Assembly (NCBI GenBank): GCA_964482765.1
Contig: CAYZYZ010000006.1
Span: 1 to 24,000, forward strand
Direction: 5' to 3'
Length of the DNA: 24,000 nt
Origin: an uncultured Candidatus Saccharibacteria bacterium
GTDB lineage: Bacteria > Patescibacteriota > CPR2_A > CG2-30-33-46 > CAYZYZ01
Shown here: positions 17,099 to 21,951 of the stretch, piece by piece
Numbering within the stretch: position 1 is the first letter of the stretch
Layout of the letters: each line of letters starts with the position of its first letter
Position numbers and translations under genes: made by a program
Notes under the pieces: generated by a model
Database searches by the model: none
What the model was told of the DNA's origin: nothing
What the model saw: the letters and a program-made list of their open reading frames with translations, nothing else

Positions 17099-17194
17099 AC
17101 CCCGCTAGATGATTATTTTATGCGATAAGTAGCGATCCCCGCTATACGATTTATCCTTAGACGTGAACTATCTAACGGGATTTATCTAACGGGG
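17099..17194. repeat. Modular inverted-repeat element built from CCCCG(C/T)TAG units (copy 2)
   Basis: Forward units CCCCGCTAGAT (17099-17109) and CCCCGCTATA (17137-17146). Inverted units ATCTAACGGG (17170-17179) and ATCTAACGGGG (17184-17194). The 14-mer AACTATCTAACGGG is identical to 4600-4613. Overlaps the stop of ORF 17186..17545. Confidence 0.8.
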
Positions 17195-17545
17195 TAAACC
17201 AACCTTCTCTGTTTTTATAAGAAAACCTCTGGCTACAATATCACCTCTTAAAACAATTGCTCGCTCACTATTTAAATTATAAACCGAGATTTTCAACTCT
17301 TCACCCTGTTCGTCGGTTGAATTTACAATCTTTGAAGAAACCGATAATCCCTTTGTTTCTAAAATGTCAGCGGGAGTAACTACAAAAACATAGCCCTTGG
17401 GCGGCTCAACTACTACATTTAGAGGAACCAAGCGGCGTTCTTTTGGATTGATTATTACATCCCTCCTGGAAGTTAAATAAAGTATAGAATCTTTCTCGGC
17501 GGGCGAGGCTAGCGTTTTGTCGACTCTTTTTATTGAAGTTTTCAT
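17186..17545 (-). CDS. Degenerate dUTPase-fold-like 119-aa protein, translationally coupled to rplA
   Basis: ATGA overlap with the rplA stop. By eye, DVIINPKERRLVPLNVVVEPPKGYVFVVTP...KIVNSTDEQGEELKISVYNLNSERAIVLRGDIVARGFL follows the trimeric dUTPase beta-strand pattern, but the catalytic motifs are not conserved. Confidence 0.45.
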   Translation of the reverse strand: MKTSIKRVDKTLASPAEKDSILYLTSRRDVIINPKERRLVPLNVVVEPPKGYVFVVTPADILETKGLSVSSKIVNSTDEQGEELKISVYNLNSERAIVLRGDIVARGFLIKTEKVGLPR

Positions 17546-18546
17546 GATTTTTTGGTCAGAGTATTTAATTTATTTATATCTATTTTAACAGATGGACCCA
17601 TCGTCGTCGATAAAGAAATACTTTTTACAAACTGACCCTTCACGGACTGCGGTTTAGACTTGGAAAGGGCTTCAATAAGGGCTTTTAAGTTCTCTTTTAG
17701 CTTCTCTTTCCCAAAAGAAACTTTACCGAATGAGGCATGGACAATTCCGAAACTGTCATTTTTTAGCTCTACTCTGCCTTTTTTGATAAGTTTTATTACT
17801 CTTTCAGGCTTATCGGTTACAGTTTCTGTTTTGGGATTGGGCATTAAACCTTTTGTCCCTAGTATTTTCCCTAGTTTGCCAATTTTCCCCATCATGTCAG
17901 GAGTGGCTATGACAATATCAAAATCGAGGAAACCTTTCTCGATTTTGGAGATTAAGTCGTCGCCGCCTGAAATGTCTGCCCCAGCATCTTTAATTTCTTT
18001 CTCTTTACCGGCACTCACGATTGCCGCCACTTTCACTTTTTTGCCCGCGCCTTGCGGCAAATCAACAACTGTTCTTATATTTTGGTCGGACAGCGATGGT
18101 TTAATTCCAAGTTTTGTGTGAACCTCTACTGACGAATCGAATTTGGTAGTTCCAGTTTTTAGCACCAAATCAATGGCTTCCTCTGGTAAATAAAATTGGC
18201 TTTTATTGATTAGTTTTGAAACCTCTTTGTATTTTTTGCCATGTTTTTTTATGTGAGGCTTTTGGGGCTTATGAGATTTTGGCGCTTCTTTGGTTTCTTC
18301 TTTTTTTGCGACCTTTGAGGACTCCTCTGCGCTCTTTGCGATTTCTTTTGCGTCTTTCGCGATTTCTTTTGCGTCTTTTGCGATTGCGCTCTTTGCGATT
18401 TCTTTTGCGTCTTTTGCGGTTTCTTTTGCGTCTTTTGCGTTTGCATCTTTTGCGTCTTTTGCGTTTGCATCTTTTGCGTCTTTTGCGTTTGCATCTTTTG
18501 CGTCTTTTGCGATTGCAGTTTTCTTTTTTTCTTTTTTCTTAACCAT
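17542..18546 (-). CDS. rplA: 50S ribosomal protein L1 with ~100-aa N-terminal Lys/Ala/Asp repeat extension
   Basis: Canonical L1 begins at HGKKYKEVSKLINKSQFYLPEEAIDLV...VEVHTKLGI. AGGAG lies 6 nt upstream of ATG 18546. I see no usable in-frame start codon near the canonical N-terminus. Confidence 0.9.
   Translation of the reverse strand: MVKKKEKKKTAIAKDAKDANAKDAKDANAKDAKDANAKDAKETAKDAKEIAKSAIAKDAKEIAKDAKEIAKSAEESSKVAKKEETKEAPKSHKPQKPHIKKHGKKYKEVSKLINKSQFYLPEEAIDLVLKTGTTKFDSSVEVHTKLGIKPSLSDQNIRTVVDLPQGAGKKVKVAAIVSAGKEKEIKDAGADISGGDDLISKIEKGFLDFDIVIATPDMMGKIGKLGKILGTKGLMPNPKTETVTDKPERVIKLIKKGRVELKNDSFGIVHASFGKVSFGKEKLKENLKALIEALSKSKPQSVKGQFVKSISLSTTMGPSVKIDINKLNTLTKKS
18330..18520. repeat. Coding tandem repeats (21- and 24-bp units) in the L1 extension
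   Basis: Three exact 24-bp copies of GCGTCTTTTGCGTTTGCATCTTTT (18428-18499), encoding AKDAKDAN. Related 21-bp units encoding AKDAKEI lie at 18330-18427. Confidence 0.9.
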
Positions 18547-18651
18547 CGATGTCTCCTATAAACACTGAATATAACACTAATAATTCACTGAATTGCCACA
18601 GAATTCTTAGTGGTTTTTAGTGCTTTATCTGTGTTACTTAGTGTTTTTAAG

Positions 18652-19077
18652 CTACTGCTCTATTTCTACTCCCATGCTTCGGGCAGTACCGGCAATTATT
18701 TTTTCTGCTTCCTCAATGGTATTGGCGTTAAGGTCGGGCATCTTAGCTTCCGCAATCTCTCTAATCTGTTCTTTTGTTAGTTTTCCTTTCTTCTCTTTAT
18801 GAAGAATGCCGGAACCTTTTTCGATCTTTAAAGCTTTCTTTATGAGCTCGGCTGCTGGAGGCGTTTTTAAAACAAAATCAAAAGTTCTGTCCTCATAAAT
18901 GGTAATGACAACCGGGATTAGTTCGCCCATCTTGTCTTTGGTCTTTTCGTTAAACTGATTGGTAAATTCGACAATATTAACTCCGTGCTGACCCAAAGCC
19001 GGCCCAACTGGTGGAGCAGGCGTGGCTTGTCCGCCGCGGATTTGAAGTTTTATTTTCGTCTTTATCTTCTTTGACAT
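18652..19077 (-). CDS. rplK: 50S ribosomal protein L11
   Basis: [29 protein letters not shown]. Confidence 0.95.
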   Translation of the reverse strand: MSKKIKTKIKLQIRGGQATPAPPVGPALGQHGVNIVEFTNQFNEKTKDKMGELIPVVITIYEDRTFDFVLKTPPAAELIKKALKIEKGSGILHKEKKGKLTKEQIREIAEAKMPDLNANTIEEAEKIIAGTARSMGVEIEQ

Positions 19078-19106
19078 ACGCTAAACCTCTATTTAAAATC
19101 CCAAAC

Positions 19107-19155
19107 ACTAAATACTAAATTCTAAACAATTTCGAAATTCTAATGTTCTAAATTC
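19107..19155. repeat. Period-7 arrays upstream of rplK
   Basis: Read as ACTAAAT ACTAAAT TCTAAAC, then AATTTCG AAATTCT AATGTTC TAAATTC. Confidence 0.7.
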
Positions 19156-19221
19156 AAAAAGCTAAAAGATATTTATGGATATTCATGGAAATTGCTTGAA
19201 ATTTATTGTTTTTATTTTGCA

Positions 19222-19261
19222 ATTAATTTCTATTAATCTCTACTAATTTCTATTAATTTCT
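19222..19261. repeat. Period-10 tandem array TATTAATTTC x4
   Basis: Read as AATTAATTTC TATTAATCTC TACTAATTTC TATTAATTTC. Confidence 0.85.
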
Positions 19262-19322
19262 GTTTTTTAAATATTTTGGTCATTGGGATTTGTTTAGAAA
19301 TTAGATATTAGAAATTAATAAT

Positions 19323-19868
19323 TTAGAGCTTCCTTACTTGCAGGAAATCCAGCTCCACCGGCGTCTCTCGACCGAACATAGAAACTAGAACTTTTATCTT
19401 CCCTTTTCCCTCGTCAATCTCCGATACAGCGCCGTCAAAATCCTTAAATGGACCATCTGTTATTGTAACTGCGTCTCCTGGTAAAACATTAATTTTGTAT
19501 TTTGGCTCTTCAATGCCCATCCTTTTCTGGATGTTTTTAAATTCTCCGTCAGAGATGGGAATGGGTATCGTACCCGAACCGATGAAACCCGTAACATTGG
19601 GCGTGTTTCGTACAACATACCAAGAGTCGTCGGTTACAACCATTTCCACTAGAACATAGCCGGGAAAGATTCGGCGTTCAACGGTTCTTCTTTTGCCGTT
19701 TTTTATTTCTATCCTTTTTTCTTTAGGAACTAAAACATTAAAAATTTTGTCCTGCATGTCGTAGGCTTCTATTCTCTGTTTTAAGTTTTGGGCGACCTTA
19801 TCTTCGTAGCCGGAATTGGTGTGAATTACATACCATTTTCGCTCGCCTGTTACAATTTGTCTTCCCAT
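19323..19868 (-). CDS. nusG: Transcription termination/antitermination factor NusG
   Basis: KWYVIHTNSGYEDKV (NGN domain) and the KOW segment GDAVTITDGPFKDFDGAVSEID. Confidence 0.93.
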   Translation of the reverse strand: MGRQIVTGERKWYVIHTNSGYEDKVAQNLKQRIEAYDMQDKIFNVLVPKEKRIEIKNGKRRTVERRIFPGYVLVEMVVTDDSWYVVRNTPNVTGFIGSGTIPIPISDGEFKNIQKRMGIEEPKYKINVLPGDAVTITDGPFKDFDGAVSEIDEGKGKIKVLVSMFGRETPVELDFLQVRKL

Positions 19869-19875
19869 TTTTAAT

Positions 19876-20058
19876 TTATCCTAAAAACTTTTGAATAAGA
19901 TAACTGAAAAGCATGTCCAAGACGCCGATAAAAACAGCGAAAACTAAAGACAACCCTACAACAACAATGGTAAAATGCACTGCTTCTTTTCTGGTGGGCC
20001 AGCTTACTTTTCTTAGTTCAATTTTTACACCTTTAAGATACTCTATGATTCTTTGCAT
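19876..20058 (-). CDS. secE: Preprotein translocase subunit SecE
   Basis: 60 aa with ELRKVSWPTRKE followed by a single TM helix. Located immediately upstream of nusG. Confidence 0.8.
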   Translation of the reverse strand: MQRIIEYLKGVKIELRKVSWPTRKEAVHFTIVVVGLSLVFAVFIGVLDMLFSYLIQKFLG

Positions 20059-20101
20059 TTTTTGATTTGTCCAATTTTAAAAAGCCTCTCGGCTTTTCTT
20101 T

Positions 20102-20130
20102 ATAATAAACATTCTTTCAAATTTTGTCAA
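20102..20130 (-). promoter_or_regulatory. Candidate sigma70-type promoter for secE-nusG
   Basis: Minus strand: TTGACA (20130-20125), 17-nt spacer, TATTAT (20107-20102). A small hairpin AAGCC-GAGA-GGCTT lies in the predicted 5' UTR. Confidence 0.5.
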
Positions 20131-20181
20131 ATTTTAAAAAGTGACGCGAAAAGAGTATACCAAGTTTGAAAAATCTAAAAT

Positions 20182-20227
20182 AAAAGTATAACAAATATTC
20201 ACGATCGTGAATATTTGTTATACTTTT
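20182..20227. repeat. 46-bp perfect palindrome (possible terminator or operator) closing the pilin operon
   Basis: AAAAGTATAACAAATATTCACGA|TCGTGAATATTTGTTATACTTTT. I checked all 23 arm positions base by base. Confidence 0.9.
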
Positions 20228-20232
20228 CTCCG

Positions 20233-20385
20233 TTATTCTACTATTCGCGCAAATAGTTCCAAAAATAACCAAGAGCAAAACAAAAAAACCACAATCATTT
20301 CCAATAAAGTAAAACCAAAAAAATTTCTAGAAATTTTTTGAGATTTATTGAAACTGGTGGAAATTGTTGGAAATTTATTGCTCAT
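20233..20385 (-). CDS. 50-aa prepilin-like stub (leader plus hydrophobic N-terminal helix only); possibly a pseudogene
   Basis: Below the ORF-track size cutoff. My translation: MSNKFPTISTSFNKSQKISRNFFGFTLLEMIVVFLFCSWLFLELFARIVE. It contains the class III signal motif G|FTLLEM. Confidence 0.4.
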   Translation of the reverse strand: MSNKFPTISTSFNKSQKISRNFFGFTLLEMIVVFLFCSWLFLELFARIVE

Positions 20386-20394
20386 GATAATTAA

Positions 20395-21480
20395 TTATGG
20401 TAATAAACTTTGAGTCCAGGAATATATCCTTGAAGGGCTACCAGAGCCTAGACCGAGCTGGCTAAAAGTATTATTTCCGGTTCCCCAGACTGTACTATCT
20501 AATTTTAGAGCGAAGGAATGATATTGTCCTGCTGAGATGGCTCCAACATCTGTTAATGAGGTTTTAGTCCAGAAATATCTTGCAGTATCGTCACCTAAAC
20601 CTAGCTGGCCAAAGCCATTTTCTCCTGTTACCCAGACTATACCGTCGGATTTTAAAGCAAGGGAACGCTCCCCCCCTGCGGCGATAGCTGTAATTGCAGT
20701 CAAAGGTGTACTGGCAGCAGTCAAACCTTGTACTGTCCAAGAGTATGTTTGATTATTGTCACCTGAACCGAGCTGGCCATTAAGATTCCATCCAGTACCC
20801 CAGACTGTACCGTCGGATTTTAAAGCTAAGGAATGTTTAGATCCACCTGCCATGGCTGTGACTGCGGTTAAAGAAGTTTGTTTCCAGGATTTCTGATCTC
20901 TGTCATGACCTAGCCCGAGTTGGCCGTAATGATTATATCCTACTACATAGAGTGTGCCATCGAATTTTAAGGCTAAAGAGTGAAAGTTTCCAGCTGCAAT
21001 GGCTATAATTCCAGTTAATGAGGTTTTAGTCCAGAAATATCTTGCAGTATCGTCACCTAAACCTAGCTGGCCAAAGCCATTTTCTCCTGTTACCCAGACT
21101 ATACCGTCGGATTTTAAAGCAAGGGAACGCTCCCCCCCTGCGGCGATAGCTGTAATTGCAGTCAAAGGTGTACTGGCAGCAGTCAAACCTTGTACTGTCC
21201 AAGAGTATGTTTGATTATTGTCACCTGAACCGAGCTGGCCATTAAGATTCCATCCAGTACCCCAGACTGTACCGTCGGATTTTAAAGCTAAGGAATGTTT
21301 AGATCCACCTGCCATGGCTGTGACTGCGGTTAAAGAAGTTTGTTTCCAGGATTTCTGATTTTTGTCATGACCTAGCCCGAGTTGGCCGTAAAAATTATAT
21401 CCTACTACATAGAGTGTGCCATCGGATTTTAGGGCGAGAGAGTGATAAGCTCCTGCGGCGATAGCTCTAATTTTAGTCAC
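20395..21480 (-). CDS. Seven-blade RCC1-repeat beta-propeller protein with no recognisable signal peptide (GTG start)
   Basis: Seven repeats of the form HSLALKSDGTvwxxGxNxxGQLGLG. GGAG lies 7 nt upstream of the GTG. Overlaps the upstream gene by 8 nt. Confidence 0.85.
   Translation of the reverse strand: MTKIRAIAAGAYHSLALKSDGTLYVVGYNFYGQLGLGHDKNQKSWKQTSLTAVTAMAGGSKHSLALKSDGTVWGTGWNLNGQLGSGDNNQTYSWTVQGLTAASTPLTAITAIAAGGERSLALKSDGIVWVTGENGFGQLGLGDDTARYFWTKTSLTGIIAIAAGNFHSLALKFDGTLYVVGYNHYGQLGLGHDRDQKSWKQTSLTAVTAMAGGSKHSLALKSDGTVWGTGWNLNGQLGSGDNNQTYSWTVQGLTAASTPLTAITAIAAGGERSLALKSDGIVWVTGENGFGQLGLGDDTARYFWTKTSLTDVGAISAGQYHSFALKLDSTVWGTGNNTFSQLGLGSGSPSRIYSWTQSLLP
20552..21440. repeat. 462-bp direct tandem duplication inside the RCC1 gene
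   Basis: 20552-20897 matches 21014-21359 with no mismatch that I can see. Scattered mismatches follow for ~80 bp. The two identical antisense track ORFs (20537.. and 20999..) confirm the 462-nt offset. Confidence 0.9.
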
Positions 21481-21871
21481 AAAATAGCTCCAACTTTCTA
21501 TCTACACCAAAAGCTCTACCTTTAATAGTTACCTTTATATTCCCAGTACCTGGCTCATATCTATAACAAATGTTGTTTAAAGGAGGATCAAGGCAGACTG
21601 TGGCACTGCCAACTGGCCCTGTTTTAAGTTTCAGCAAAGCCTCTTCTGTTCCTGCTTCAGCCGCATTATAGGCAGCTTGGGAATTGGCAGCCTCTCCGCC
21701 TGTTTTTAGTTCCGTTACTATAAGTTGGGCTATTGCCAGACCAACGGTCAAAATAATAGTGGAAATAATAACCGCAAAGAGAAGAGTTGATCCAGCACTC
21801 CGACCCGGGTCGGAGTGCTGGGTTGAACCTCTTTTGGAAAATAATTTAGAAATTTTGGATTTATTTTTCAT
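21473..21871 (-). CDS. PilX-like / pseudopilin-like small membrane-anchored protein
   Basis: N-terminal anchor STLLFAVIISTIILTVGLAIAQLIV followed by AANSQAAYNAAEAGTEEAL, which resembles the PilX N-terminal domain pattern. Confidence 0.55.
   Translation of the reverse strand: MKNKSKISKLFSKRGSTQHSDPGRSAGSTLLFAVIISTIILTVGLAIAQLIVTELKTGGEAANSQAAYNAAEAGTEEALLKLKTGPVGSATVCLDPPLNNICYRYEPGTGNIKVTIKGRAFGVDRKLELFCD
21792..21821. repeat. 30-bp perfect palindrome CCAGCACTCCGACCCGGGTCGGAGTGCTGG inside the PilX-like CDS
   Basis: Checked base by base. Encodes TQHSDPGRSAG in frame, immediately before the hydrophobic anchor. Confidence 0.9.
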
Positions 21872-21951
21872 AATAATTTATCATCACCAGCTTTTTTTAA
21901 ATCCGATTAAACTCGCTAAATTGAAAAGTAAAATATACGAATTAACTGATA

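Noticed and set aside
18216-18568. Three track ORFs over the L1 repeat region: 18216..18542 plus (LRLLRL-rich), 18249..18494 minus (QKTQK-rich), 18290..18568 plus (FASFA-rich).
   Set aside because: They are alternative-frame and antisense readings of the same 21/24-bp tandem repeats. Only the rplA frame has an SD, continues into a recognisable L1 domain and fits the operon.
20182-20227. The 46-bp palindrome as a dif/Xer recombination site.
   Set aside because: It is a perfect palindrome without the asymmetric 6-8 bp central region and the distinct XerC/XerD arms. It does not resemble remembered dif consensus sequences. Left open only as a generic operator or terminator.
20537-21214. Two nearly identical 71-aa plus-strand ORFs (20537..20752 and 20999..21214).
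   Set aside because: They are antisense to the RCC1 gene. Their identity simply reflects the 462-bp duplication.
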